Source: Gemmatimonadota bacterium (GTDB lineage: Bacteria; Gemmatimonadota; Gemmatimonadetes; Longimicrobiales; Gaopeijiaceae). Taken from it: 64,000 bases of DNA. The notes beneath the pieces are model-generated. The model saw only the letters and a program-made list of their open reading frames with translations. It was not told the origin of the DNA and searched no databases. Both the position numbers and the translations under genes were made by a program. The stretch covers positions 44,145 through 108,144 of the forward strand of contig JBDHHQ010000021.1 of assembly GCA_039589315.1 (NCBI GenBank), read 5' to 3'. Shown in pieces: positions 28,540-38,785 of this stretch (position 1 is the first letter of the stretch; each line of letters starts with the position of its first letter).

Positions 28540-29421
28540 ATGGACGTCCATCTCGTCGACGGCACCTACGAGCTGTTCCGCCACTTCTACGGAATCCCTT
28601 CGGACTCCCGCTACGCCGGGGACAACGAGCTCCAGGCAGTGCGCAACGTCCTGGCCTCCATGCTCCAGCTCCTCGAGGAAGGCGCGACCCACCTGGGCGT
28701 GGCGACCGACCACGTAATCGAGTCGTTTCGGAACGACCTGTGGCCCGGATACAAGACCGGCGCGGGCATCGATCCCGCTCTGCTCGCTCAGTTCCACCCG
28801 CTGGAGTCGGCGCTTGCCGCCATGGGGGTGAAGGTGTGGCCGATGGTCGAGCTGGAGGCGGACGATGCGCTCGCTGCAGCGGCCGCCCGCGCCGCCCGGG
28901 ACCCGCGGGTGCAAACGGTCTACATTTGCACGCCGGACAAGGACCTGGGACAGAGCGTCATGGGGCAGAAGGTCGTACAGATGGATCGGCGTCGGGGCGA
29001 GGTCCGGGACGAGGCCGGCGTGAAGGCGAAGTTCGGCGTGGGCCCGGCGTCCATCCCCGACTACCTGGCCCTCGTGGGTGATGCGGCGGACGGTTTCCCT
29101 GGACTCCGGGGATGGGGCGCCAAGTCCGCGGCGACAGTGCTGGCGCGGTACGACCACATCGAGCAGGTGCCCGATCATGCGCACGAATGGGACGTATCCG
29201 TTCGGGGTGCGACCGGTCTGGCCACTACGCTGGCGCAGAACCGACCGCTGGCGCTGCTGTTCCGCCGGATCGCCACGCTGCGCCTGGATGTCGCCGTCTT
29301 CGCGGACGTCGATGAGCTGCGGTGGACGGGCCCGGGGCCGGAATTCGAGGAGCTGGCCCGCAGCTTGCGGGCCCCGGGGCTGTGCGATCGCGCCACCAGA
29401 GTCGCCAGGAGTCGCCGTTGA
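28540..29421 (+). CDS. Stand-alone 5'-3' exonuclease / flap endonuclease (PIN + H3TH)
   Basis: HLVDGTYELFR, FRNDLWPGYK, EADD, DKDL, LVGDAADGFPG..GWGAKSA. Confidence 0.9.
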   Translation: MDVHLVDGTYELFRHFYGIPSDSRYAGDNELQAVRNVLASMLQLLEEGATHLGVATDHVIESFRNDLWPGYKTGAGIDPALLAQFHPLESALAAMGVKVWPMVELEADDALAAAAARAARDPRVQTVYICTPDKDLGQSVMGQKVVQMDRRRGEVRDEAGVKAKFGVGPASIPDYLALVGDAADGFPGLRGWGAKSAATVLARYDHIEQVPDHAHEWDVSVRGATGLATTLAQNRPLALLFRRIATLRLDVAVFADVDELRWTGPGPEFEELARSLRAPGLCDRATRVARSRR

Positions 29422-29517
29422 CTTCGCGATGGCAGGCACCGGCAGGCTCCGCTTGCCACCACGCCACTGCCGGCGCCACCGTGTAGATCCGGATAAGGTA
29501 CCAACGGAGGTAACCTG

Positions 29518-30252
29518 ATGAAGGGCAGTGAGCAGCCCACGCCGTTCCTCGCGGCCATGGGCGCCGTGCTGACGCTGGGCATCCTCGCCCCCGACCTCGT
29601 CGAGGGCCAGTTGACTTGTGCCGAGGCGGGATACCTGTGCGCGGCGCCGGCCGATCGGCCGGCCGTCCGCTGGCCCGACGGGCGCCGCGTTCTCCGGATT
29701 CTGGTGCCGCCCCCCCCGCACGAGCCCTCGTCTCGCGCCCTCCGGTACCAGCGGTCCGCCACCCGCGGAATCATGGCGTGGAACCGGCTGCCCTTGGAGC
29801 TCCTGGTCTTCGAGCAGGCCAGCAACCTGAAGATGGACATCGTGGTGGAGTGGGTCGAGCAGCTGCCGGAGACCCGCATTGGAGAGACGCAGGTGACGTG
29901 GAGCGAGGGGGGCGACGAGTACGTCTTCGACGTCGTGCGCTTCGTACTGGCAACGCGTCCGCCCGAATCCTTCTACGAGGAGGAAGAAGGTGCCGTGCCC
30001 GAGTCGGGCGCCGACACCGAAGCAGCCGATTCGGCGCCAGACGAAGCGGCCGTGGTCCCCGATCAGCTGGCCCTGGCGGTGGTGGAGCTGACGGCGGCGC
30101 ACGAGATGGGGCACGCCCTCGGCCTTCCGCACAGCGACAGCACCGACGACGTCATGTATCCGGAGAACATGGGCGCGAGCCTCTCCCGGCGAGACATCCA
30201 GACCGTGCGCGCCTTATACGCGTTGCCCCCGGGGATCAAGCCTGCCCGCTAG
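29518..30252 (+). CDS. Matrixin-family (M10) zinc metalloprotease, secreted
   Basis: HEMGHALGLPHS and Met-turn DVMYP. Confidence 0.85.
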   Translation: MKGSEQPTPFLAAMGAVLTLGILAPDLVEGQLTCAEAGYLCAAPADRPAVRWPDGRRVLRILVPPPPHEPSSRALRYQRSATRGIMAWNRLPLELLVFEQASNLKMDIVVEWVEQLPETRIGETQVTWSEGGDEYVFDVVRFVLATRPPESFYEEEEGAVPESGADTEAADSAPDEAAVVPDQLALAVVELTAAHEMGHALGLPHSDSTDDVMYPENMGASLSRRDIQTVRALYALPPGIKPAR

Positions 30253-30424
30253 TGTGGTGCTGCACCACACCAGGACAGCGCCGCCGCACCCCCGCGCTCG
30301 TGGGGGCCAGGCGTTGGCGGAGGCCCCGTCGCCCGGGTAGAATCGAGCCCTGACCGCCGGGAGCCTGGCTCAGGCCGCTCCGGTCCGAGACTACCTGTTC
30401 AACCGCCCAACGGAGGCGCCTCCC

Positions 30425-31063
30425 ATGGCCAAGCTCCTGACCGAGTGCATCGGTACGTTCTTCCTCGTCCTGACGATCGGCCTGACGGTCGTGGACGGGA
30501 CGCCGCTGGCTCCCCTGGCTATCGGGTCCGCCCTCATGGTGATGGTCTACATGGGCGGCCACATCTCCGGGGCCCATTACAATCCGGCGGCGAGCCTAGC
30601 CATCCTCATGCGCGGGAAGATGGAGTCCAAGGAGTTGATACCGTACTGGGCCGCCCAGATCACCGGTGCCATTCTGGCGTCCCTGGTGGTCTACGCGTCC
30701 GTCGGGTCCACCTTCGCGCCGGCGCCCGCCTCGGACGCGTCGGCGATGGCCGCGTTGCTGCTGGAGTTCCTCTTCACATTCGCCCTTTGCCTGGTGATCC
30801 TGAACGCGGCCACCGCTCGAGCGACAGAAGGCAACTCGTTCTACGGACTGGCCATCGGTTTCACCGTCCTCACGGGAGCTTTCGCCGCCGGGCCGGTGTC
30901 CGGCGGCGCGTTCAATCCTGCCGTGGGGATCGGTCCGATTCTGATCGACGCGGTGATGGGGGACGGTTCCTTCGGAGCGCTCTGGCTCTACCTCGTGGGC
31001 CCGCTCGCCGGCGGGGCGGCGGCCGCGGCCGTGTTCAAGATGCAGAATCCCGAGGACGTCTGA
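30425..31063 (+). CDS. MIP family channel (aquaporin-like)
   Basis: SGAHYNPA and GGAFNPA motifs. Confidence 0.92.
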   Translation: MAKLLTECIGTFFLVLTIGLTVVDGTPLAPLAIGSALMVMVYMGGHISGAHYNPAASLAILMRGKMESKELIPYWAAQITGAILASLVVYASVGSTFAPAPASDASAMAALLLEFLFTFALCLVILNAATARATEGNSFYGLAIGFTVLTGAFAAGPVSGGAFNPAVGIGPILIDAVMGDGSFGALWLYLVGPLAGGAAAAAVFKMQNPEDV

Positions 31064-31120
31064 GACCGGAAGCGGGGCGGCCGCCGCACCTCGGGCCGTC
31101 CCGCCTCCGCCCCACCCGTC

Positions 31121-33310
31121 GTGCCCGTGACCGAGCCACACGCCGCCCGGGGCCCCAGCCGGAGAGTCAGACCCTGGCGCAGGCGCTGGCGTCGGTGGGC
31201 GCGCACCCTCACGGTCCGCCTCTTTCGCCTTCGCCAGCGACTGCGCAAGTGGCTGGATCGGCTCCTCACCAACGTACGCCGTGGCGAGCACGCTTTCGTC
31301 GTGGTCAGCGCCGCGATCATCGGCGTGCTGGTCGGATACGGGGCCATCGGGTTTCGCTATCTCATCCGGATCATCCAGGACTTCTTCTACGGCGTGCCAG
31401 AGTTCACGTTGGAGGGTCTGGCGGCCATCCCCTGGTGGCTTCGCCTGCTGGCGCCGGCCCTGGGCGGGCTCGCGGTCGGTGGTCTCGTCACACGGGCTGC
31501 GCCGGAGACCAAGGGCTCGGGGATCCCCGAGGTCATGGAGGCCGTCGCCCGGTTGGCAGGAGCGATCCGCTTCCGGGTGTTATGGGCAAAGACGCTGGCC
31601 GCGGCCATCACCATCGGCACGGGTGGGTCGGCAGGCCGTGAGGGACCGATCGTCCACATCGGCTCCGCCGTGGGATCGCAGTTGGGTCAGTTCCTCGGCG
31701 TCTCGGCGCGTCGCCTCCGCACGTTCGTCGCCGCGGGCGCGGCGGGGGCGATCGCAGCCACCTTCAACGCGCCCATCGCCGGGACCCTCTTCTCGGTCGA
31801 GGTAGTGCTGGGCGACTACGCCTTCGCGTCCCTCGCCCCCATCGTCATCTCGGCGGTCGTGGCTACGGTGGTCTCGAGGCACTACCTGGGCGACTCGCCG
31901 GCCTTCGAGATCCCCATCTACGACCTGGTGAGCTCCCGGGAGCTGCTTCTTTATGCCGGACTCGGCCTCGCTGCCGGTCTGGCCGCCGTGGCCTTCGTCC
32001 GCCTCCTGTATCGCACCCACGGGGCGTTCGAGGCATCGTCGATTCCGGAATGGCTCCGGCCGGCCGTCGGCGGCCTCGGCGTGGGTGTCATCGCCCTCGC
32101 CTTCCCTCAGGTGCTGGGCGTCGGCTACCCGACCGTCACCGCAGCGCTGTGGGGCCAAGCCGCTCTGGTGATCAGCTTGATCGTCATCGCCAAGATGGCC
32201 GCCACGTCCCTCACCCTCGGGAGCGGGGGATCGGGGGGTGTCTTCGCACCCGCTCTGGTCATGGGAGCGTCACTGGGCGGCGCGTGGGGCCAGGTGGCGC
32301 ATGCGGCCTTCCCCGACTGGACCGGTGGCCCCGGCGCCTATGCGCTGGTGGGCATGGGCGCGATGGTCGCGGGCGTGAGCCATGCGCCCATCTCCGCCAT
32401 CCTCATCATCTTCGAGCTGACCAACGACTACCGCATCATTCCACCGCTCATGGTGGCGTGCGTCCTGGCCGTGCTGTTGAGCTCGCGACTCTATCGGCCG
32501 TCCGTCTACACCGCGAAGCTGCACCGCCGTGGGGTGCGCCTCCGCGAGGGTCGAGACGTCAATCTGCTGCGGGCCATCGCGGTGTCCGAGGTCATGGAGC
32601 CGGATCCGGAGACTGTACCGGCTGACCTGCCGTTCAAGGACCTGGTCCCTCGGCTCCTGGCCGACCCGGGGCTCGAATTGCAGGTGGTCGACGACGACCA
32701 CTGCCTGCTGGGCACGGTCTCGCTCCGGGACGTCCGCGAGCTCCTCCTCGAGCTGGACACTCTCGGCAGCCTGATCGTGGTGGAGGACGTGGCACAGCCG
32801 GACGCGCCCTTCGTGCTGCCCAGCGACAACCTGGATCTGGCCATGCACCTGTTCGGCCGGACCCACCGCGACGAGATCACCGTCTGCGCGGATTCAGAGA
32901 CGAAACGGGTCGTCGGTGTCGTCAGCCGCGACGCGCTGATCGACTCCTACAATCGCCGCCTCTTCCACGTCGATCTCACGGGCGGCTTCGGCTCGATCGT
33001 CGACTCGGTTCGTGGCGGACGGTCACTCGAGGTCGTGGGCGGGGTCCATCTGGCCGAGCTGGATGTGCCGTTTTCCCTGGTGGGTCGAACGCTCCGCGAG
33101 TCCGACGTGCGTCGGCGGTGGGGCGTGGAGATCCTGTTGATCCACACCGCCGGTCCTCCGGGCGAGGAGCTCGAAGGTCGTCCCGGGAGGCTTCCCGCAC
33201 CCGACGTTCGGCTCCACCCCGGCGATAGGCTGCTGGTCATGGGGACCCAGGAGGCCATTGGCAGGCTCACCCGCGGGCAGGATCGCCAAGGCAGCCAGCC
33301 GGAGGGTTGA
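31121..33310 (+). CDS. ClC chloride channel/transporter with CBS pair and TrkA-C domain
   Basis: GSGIP, GREGP, FNAPIAG, GGVFAP; CBS region; VGRTLRESDVRRRWGV. Confidence 0.9.
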   Translation: MPVTEPHAARGPSRRVRPWRRRWRRWARTLTVRLFRLRQRLRKWLDRLLTNVRRGEHAFVVVSAAIIGVLVGYGAIGFRYLIRIIQDFFYGVPEFTLEGLAAIPWWLRLLAPALGGLAVGGLVTRAAPETKGSGIPEVMEAVARLAGAIRFRVLWAKTLAAAITIGTGGSAGREGPIVHIGSAVGSQLGQFLGVSARRLRTFVAAGAAGAIAATFNAPIAGTLFSVEVVLGDYAFASLAPIVISAVVATVVSRHYLGDSPAFEIPIYDLVSSRELLLYAGLGLAAGLAAVAFVRLLYRTHGAFEASSIPEWLRPAVGGLGVGVIALAFPQVLGVGYPTVTAALWGQAALVISLIVIAKMAATSLTLGSGGSGGVFAPALVMGASLGGAWGQVAHAAFPDWTGGPGAYALVGMGAMVAGVSHAPISAILIIFELTNDYRIIPPLMVACVLAVLLSSRLYRPSVYTAKLHRRGVRLREGRDVNLLRAIAVSEVMEPDPETVPADLPFKDLVPRLLADPGLELQVVDDDHCLLGTVSLRDVRELLLELDTLGSLIVVEDVAQPDAPFVLPSDNLDLAMHLFGRTHRDEITVCADSETKRVVGVVSRDALIDSYNRRLFHVDLTGGFGSIVDSVRGGRSLEVVGGVHLAELDVPFSLVGRTLRESDVRRRWGVEILLIHTAGPPGEELEGRPGRLPAPDVRLHPGDRLLVMGTQEAIGRLTRGQDRQGSQPEG

Positions 33311-33478
33311 GCGCATCTCCGGGTGAGGGACTCACGCCGGCTGCGCCGCGGGGGGATCCTCCGGAGGATCGCGACGGTCGTCTCCTGGACGCGGCGCGCG
33401 ACGCCCCTCGCCCCTTGCGCCGCGGGTCCGTGCCAGGGATGCTTCGGAGTGGGATGGACATTGCAAACGGAGAACGGA

Positions 33479-33733
33479 ATGGACGAGCGCGTACAGGACG
33501 CAATGGAGAAGCTGAAGCAGCAGCGGGACGAGCTTCGCCTGAAGATGCACCTGGCCAAAGCCGAGGCGCGGGACGAGTGGGAAGAGTTGGAAGAGAAGTG
33601 GGAAACGCTGCGGAGCCGTCTGAAGGCCGCGGGAGACGAGGCGAACGACGTGTCCGGCGACATCGGTGAGGCCTTCAGAATGCTGACGTCCGAGCTCAAG
33701 AAGGGATACGAGCGGATCCGCGAGCAGCTCTGA
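33479..33733 (+). CDS. Small coiled-coil hypothetical protein
   Basis: GGAG RBS; LKQQRDELRLKMHLAKAEARDEWEELE. Confidence 0.75.
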   Translation: MDERVQDAMEKLKQQRDELRLKMHLAKAEARDEWEELEEKWETLRSRLKAAGDEANDVSGDIGEAFRMLTSELKKGYERIREQL

Positions 33734-33751
33734 GCCCGGTCAAGACAGCCT

Positions 33752-34471
33752 TTGGGAGGTGAAGGGAGAGCCGGGTCGCTGGCGGCGATTCAGCGACGGG
33801 TGGTCGCGTGCCGCCGTTGCCCGCGGCTCGTCAGCTGGCGGGAAGCCGTGGCTCGCCGGAAGCGGGCCGCCTTCGCCGAAGAGGCTTACTGGGGCCGTCC
33901 GGTCCCGGGCTTCGGTGACGTGGAAGCTCGCGTGTTGGTCGTGGGGTTGGCACCCGCGGCACACGGCGCGAATCGCACCGGGCGCATGTTCACGGGAGAC
34001 CGTTCGGGCGACTGGCTCTACCGGGCGCTCCACCGGGCCGGGTTCGCGAACCAGCCCGAGTCGTGGGGGCGGGACGACGGCCTCGAGCTGCGGGGCGTCT
34101 TCGTGACGGCGGCCGTCCGCTGCGCGCCGCCCGACAACAAGCCGGCGACGTCGGAGCGGGACAACTGTCGTGCGTACCTGGCCGACGAGCTCGGGCTCCT
34201 CCTGCCGCAGGTGCGCGTGGTCGTGGCGTTGGGGGGATTCGCCTATGGGCAGGTCATGCGTCTCCTGACGGAGCGGGGCCTGCCGGTACCGAAGCCCCGT
34301 CCCCGCTTCGGCCACCGGGCAGAGGTGATGCTCTCGCCGAGGCTGACGGTGCTGGCGTCCTACCACCCGAGTCAGCAGAACACCTTCACCGGTCGCCTGA
34401 CCGAGGAAATGTTCGACGGGATCTGGCGGCGCGCCCGGGACCTGGCCGGCGCGGCCACGGGGGCCGAATGA
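33752..34471 (+). CDS. udgB: Uracil-DNA glycosylase family 5 (UdgB-like, Fe-S)
   Basis: CRRCPRL, GLAPAAHGANRTGRMFTGD, HPSQQN. Confidence 0.9.
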   Translation: MGGEGRAGSLAAIQRRVVACRRCPRLVSWREAVARRKRAAFAEEAYWGRPVPGFGDVEARVLVVGLAPAAHGANRTGRMFTGDRSGDWLYRALHRAGFANQPESWGRDDGLELRGVFVTAAVRCAPPDNKPATSERDNCRAYLADELGLLLPQVRVVVALGGFAYGQVMRLLTERGLPVPKPRPRFGHRAEVMLSPRLTVLASYHPSQQNTFTGRLTEEMFDGIWRRARDLAGAATGAE

Positions 34472-36768
34472 GCGCGTCGAGGCGGCTGCGGTTGGGTGTC
34501 GGCCTCGCCCTCGTGGTGGGAGGGGCTCTGGTGGTGACCCGTCGAGTGAGCGACCGCGCATCGGATGTCTTCCCACCCCCTTCGCCCGAGGCCGCGCCGG
34601 CCGTGGCCTTCTCCGAGTTCATGGGTGCGGAGGCGTGTGCCGAGTGCCACCAGGACCAGTACCAGCGCTGGGCGACCTCCACCCACGGCAGAGCCGGCGG
34701 AGAGCCCTCGCCGGAGCTCGTCATCGCACCGTTCGACGGAACCCCCATCGGGCTCGCCGACGGCCGGGTGATCCCGCGGGTGACGCCGCAGGGCGACTAC
34801 CAGTTCCTCGTTCAGCAGGCAGGACACGCGGACCAGGTCTTCCCTGTCGACGGCGTCATCGGCGGTGGCCACATGGTCGGAGGCGGCACACAGGGTTTCG
34901 TGACGCGGGTAGCAGACGGAACCGTCCGGTTTCTCCCCTTCGACTGGTCCCGCCACGAAGCGCGTTGGTTCTGCAACACGGGCACGCGCGCCGAGAGGGG
35001 TTGGGTCCCCATCACACCCGACATGACGCTGGCGGACTGCGGAGATTGGCCGCCGCTGCGGGTTCTGGGCACCGTGGAGAGGTTCGCCGACTGTCAGGGT
35101 TGTCATGGCAGCCAGATCCTCACTGACCAACCCCCCGGCCAGGACTACCGTTCGCGCTACACATCCCTGGCAATCAACTGCGAGTCGTGTCACGGTCCCG
35201 GACGGCGCCACGTCGAGCTGGCGGAGTCGGGGCGGCTCGGACTCGGCGGGGACCTGGGGCTCGCGTCCCTGGGCACGGTGACCAAGGACGGGTCCCTGGA
35301 CCTCTGCTTCCAGTGCCACGCCCTGAAGGACGTGGTCCGGGAGGGGCATCTCCCGGGTGCTTCTCTGGAGGAGCATTACGCCCTCAAATTCCCGATCCTG
35401 GGCGACGATCCTTTCTTCCCGGACTTCCGGGTCAAGACCTTCGCGTACCAGGGGACCCATCTGAGCAGCCCCTGCTACCTGGATGGGTCCATGACGTGCG
35501 TGAGCTGCCACGAGCCACACTCACAGGCATATCAGGATGAGTTCGGAGACCCCCTGATCGGCCGGTTCGACGACGGGCAGTGCACCTCCTGTCACGCCTC
35601 CAAGGCCGATCCCATCGAGGCGCACAGCTTCCACGCCCCTGACTCGGAGGGCAGTCGCTGCGTCGCCTGCCACATGCCCTACTTGCAGGAGCCCGAGGTG
35701 GGCCCCGGGGTCCCGTATGCGCGGTCCGACCACACGATCCCCGTGCCGCGTCCACGCTTCGACGCGTCGCTGGGGGTCGAGAGCGCGTGCATCCAGTGCC
35801 ACGCCGATCGGAGCGCGGACGCGCTCCAGGCCCAGGCCGAGGCGTGGTGGGGCGAGCTCAAGCCGCACCGGTCCCTCGTGGATGCGTTGGTGTCAGCGTC
35901 GGTGGGCGGTGACCGCGAGGCAGCCGCACGGGACCTCCTGCGGCCCGACCTCGAGGATCCGCTGGCCCAGTTCGCCGCTCTTTCGAGGTTCCTCCTGGAC
36001 CATCTGGGCCCCGACGATCCGAACTTGGAGCCAGCGGTGGCCGAGCTCCTCTGGGGACTGGAGGGCAGCCCCGACCTGGACGTTCGGGCTCTGGCTCTCG
36101 CTTCTCTCCACTGGGCCCGGGGACACGATCGCGACACGCGGCAGGCGCTCGTGGGGGCGCTGGCTGCTGCCGAGGCGGACGGGGACGCCCTGCGTCAGCG
36201 CTGGGTGCTGGGCCTCAGCTTCCTGGGCGACGAGGCCCGGGCCGCAGGAGACGTCGATGGGGCGTTGCTGGCGTACCGGAAGGTCCTCGAGCTGGTACCC
36301 GAGGACGGCCGTGTGCTGGGGGCCATGGGCGCGGCGCTGAACCAGTCGGGCGACTACGAAGGCGCGAGGGCCTACCTGCTACGGAGCGTCGCCGCCCGCC
36401 CCGATCACGCCCTGAGCTGGGTGAATCTGGGTATCGCCCAGGCCGGGCTCAGCGACGTGGCTGCGGCGACCGAGAGCTACGCGACGGCGGCCAGGAGCAA
36501 TCCCAACGAGCCGTTGGCCTTCTTCAACCTCGGCAACCTCTATCTCCGGCAGAACGCGCTTGCCGAGGCGGCCCTTTCCTACGAGCGCGCGGTGGAGTTG
36601 GATCCTGGCCTGGCCCGTGGCCACTACAACCTGGCGCGCGTCTACATCCAGCTGGGCCGGTACGCCGAGGCGCTCCCGAGGGCCAGACGGGCGCTGGAGC
36701 TCGAGCCTACGAACCAGGGAGCTGCCCAGATGTTGAGGGACCTGCAACGGGCCGTGGGCAGCCCGTAG
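34468..36768 (+). CDS. Octaheme cytochrome c with C-terminal TPR repeats
   Basis: ATGA overlap with udg; 8 CxxCH (CAECH, CQGCH, CESCH, CFQCH, CVSCH, CTSCH, CVACH, CIQCH); TPRs (WVNLG, FNLGNLY, YNLARVY). Confidence 0.88.
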   Translation: MSASRRLRLGVGLALVVGGALVVTRRVSDRASDVFPPPSPEAAPAVAFSEFMGAEACAECHQDQYQRWATSTHGRAGGEPSPELVIAPFDGTPIGLADGRVIPRVTPQGDYQFLVQQAGHADQVFPVDGVIGGGHMVGGGTQGFVTRVADGTVRFLPFDWSRHEARWFCNTGTRAERGWVPITPDMTLADCGDWPPLRVLGTVERFADCQGCHGSQILTDQPPGQDYRSRYTSLAINCESCHGPGRRHVELAESGRLGLGGDLGLASLGTVTKDGSLDLCFQCHALKDVVREGHLPGASLEEHYALKFPILGDDPFFPDFRVKTFAYQGTHLSSPCYLDGSMTCVSCHEPHSQAYQDEFGDPLIGRFDDGQCTSCHASKADPIEAHSFHAPDSEGSRCVACHMPYLQEPEVGPGVPYARSDHTIPVPRPRFDASLGVESACIQCHADRSADALQAQAEAWWGELKPHRSLVDALVSASVGGDREAAARDLLRPDLEDPLAQFAALSRFLLDHLGPDDPNLEPAVAELLWGLEGSPDLDVRALALASLHWARGHDRDTRQALVGALAAAEADGDALRQRWVLGLSFLGDEARAAGDVDGALLAYRKVLELVPEDGRVLGAMGAALNQSGDYEGARAYLLRSVAARPDHALSWVNLGIAQAGLSDVAAATESYATAARSNPNEPLAFFNLGNLYLRQNALAEAALSYERAVELDPGLARGHYNLARVYIQLGRYAEALPRARRALELEPTNQGAAQMLRDLQRAVGSP

Positions 36769-36882
36769 GTGGAGAGGAAGACCTCAACGGTTGCACGCTG
36801 AGCCGGACGAGCGCGTTGCCCGGGCGACGATGGCCAAGCCAACGCGAGGGACCGAGGCAAACTGGACGCCAAGCGAACCGAC

Positions 36883-38127
36883 GTGACCCTGGGACTGGGT
36901 GCGAACTGGAGACAGTTCGCACTGCTTGTCCTCGTGAACGCCTTCGTCGGCGCCATGGTGGGCGTGGAGCGATCGGTGCTGCCGACGCTGGCAGAGAGCG
37001 AGTTCGGCATCACCTCGGCCCGAGCCACCCTGACCTTTCTCATCGCATTCGGGTTGACGAAGGCCGCCTCCAACTTCGTCGCCGGCGACCTGGCCGACCG
37101 CCTGGGCCGCAAGCGGATCCTGGTGGCGGGCTGGATCGCCGGCATTCCCGTGCCGCTGCTGCTCATCTACGCCAACGACTGGACCTGGGTCGGCGTCGCC
37201 AACCTGTTTCTCGGAGTGAATCAGGGCTTGGCGTGGTCCGCCACGGTGATCATGAAGATCGATGTCGTGGGGCCGCGTCGCCGGGGTCTGGCCATGGGGC
37301 TGAACGAGTTCGCTGGTTATGTTGCGGTCGCGGCGGCTGCCCTCGGAGCCGGGTATCTGGCGGCCGCGCACGGGCCCCGGCCAGCCCCGTTCCTGATCGC
37401 GCTCGTCGCAGCGGTGGCCGGCCTCGTGCTCAGCGCGGCCTTCGTGGAGGACACAGGGGAGCACGTCGAGCTCGAACGGTCCATGGCCGATGCGGCCCTG
37501 GAGGGCGGACCGGGTGCATTCCCGCCGGAGACTCTGCGGCGCTTCAAGGTGGCCAGTTGGGGCCACCCGGCGCTCCTCGGTGCCAACCAGGCGGGACTGG
37601 TCAACAACCTGAACGACGGCGTCGCGTGGGGTCTGTTGCCCGTGTACCTGGCCCAAGCGGGCCTCGGCGGCACCGAGATCGGCTGGATCGCCGCCGTCTA
37701 TCCGGCGGTCTGGGGCGTAGGCCAACTCGGTAGCGGGGCACTCTCCGATCGATGGGGTCGCCGGCCTCTGATCGTCTCGGGGATGCTCGTCCAGGGACTG
37801 GCCCTGGTGGGGTTCTCCCTGGCGGCCGGACTCGGAGGGTGGATCGCCGCCGCGGTGGTCCTGGGTCTCGGGACGGCCGCGGTGTATCCCACCCTGATCG
37901 CGCAGGTGAGCGACGTCGTGTCCCCCACGGACCGTGCCACCGCGGTGGGCGTGTACCGCCTCTGGCGGGACCTCGGATACGTGGTAGGAGCGGTCGTGGC
38001 GGGGACGTTGGCCGACGCCTTGGGCTACGAGGTCGCCATCGCCTCGGTGGCGGCGCTCACGGCCCTCTCGGGGGTGGCCGCGCGGCTGCTGCTTCCTCCC
38101 GCCTCCTCCCCGGGTGGGCCGAGGTAG
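36883..38127 (+). CDS. MFS transporter
   Basis: GDLADRLGRKR and GALSDRWGRRP motif A; about 12 TM. Confidence 0.9.
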   Translation: MTLGLGANWRQFALLVLVNAFVGAMVGVERSVLPTLAESEFGITSARATLTFLIAFGLTKAASNFVAGDLADRLGRKRILVAGWIAGIPVPLLLIYANDWTWVGVANLFLGVNQGLAWSATVIMKIDVVGPRRRGLAMGLNEFAGYVAVAAAALGAGYLAAAHGPRPAPFLIALVAAVAGLVLSAAFVEDTGEHVELERSMADAALEGGPGAFPPETLRRFKVASWGHPALLGANQAGLVNNLNDGVAWGLLPVYLAQAGLGGTEIGWIAAVYPAVWGVGQLGSGALSDRWGRRPLIVSGMLVQGLALVGFSLAAGLGGWIAAAVVLGLGTAAVYPTLIAQVSDVVSPTDRATAVGVYRLWRDLGYVVGAVVAGTLADALGYEVAIASVAALTALSGVAARLLLPPASSPGGPR

Positions 38128-38215
38128 ACGGATGCGGGCATCCGGTATCGGTCGTGGGGGCTTCCGGCGCCGACCCGCTTTCGCGGGGGGAGGAAGGCGC
38201 CTCTCGTCCGCTGGG

Positions 38216-38470
38216 TCAGGAGTCGGCGGCCAGACGGGGCTCGTCGAGGAGGCCGTCCTCGATCAGGATCGCCTCGATCTCCTGCAGGGCGACGGCCCGC
38301 CTGGTGTTGGCGTCCGCGTACTCCAGAACCGCCTCGGTGATCCGGTCCTCCAGCTCGGCGACCGCCGCGTAGCCGTCATCGACGATGTCGTCTTCGGCCG
38401 ACTGAGCGACGCCGTGGGCTTCAAGGACCTCGAAGACCTCGTCAGGCGTGACTTCGTAGGCGAAGCTCAA
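38216..38470 (-). CDS. Small acidic hypothetical protein
   Basis: TTG start with purine-rich RBS; host-like codon pattern; very Asp/Glu rich. Confidence 0.55.
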   Translation of the reverse strand: MSFAYEVTPDEVFEVLEAHGVAQSAEDDIVDDGYAAVAELEDRITEAVLEYADANTRRAVALQEIEAILIEDGLLDEPRLAADS

Positions 38471-38566
38471 TCTCTCTTCCTTTCCCGTCCTGGAGCCGGG
38501 GGTTCATGCGGTCGGCGGGAACGGTAACGTCGGTGAAGACGGTTTTCCACCACGCGGGGGCACGGA

Positions 38567-38720
38567 ACGGGTATCCTCTCCTGGATCGTTCTCGGTCTGA
38601 CCGTCGGACTCCTGGCCAAGGGCCTGATGCCGGGCAAGGATCCGGGCGGGCCCGTGGTCACGATTCTCATCGGCCTCGCCGGTGCTCTTCTCGGCGGGTG
38701 GCTCGGAAGTGTTGCGCCGG
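38567..38720 (+). pseudogene. GlsB/YeaQ/YmgE (transglycosylase-associated) gene remnant
   Basis: ACG in place of ATG, then GILSWIVLGLTVGLLAKGLMPGKDPGG..TILIGLAGALLGGWLG; C-terminal half absent. Confidence 0.7.
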
Positions 38721-38785
38721 CGGTGCGTCTGCCCGAGCATTCCCTCCCCTTGGCCAAAGCCACGAACCGAGAACTGGAGCTTGAC

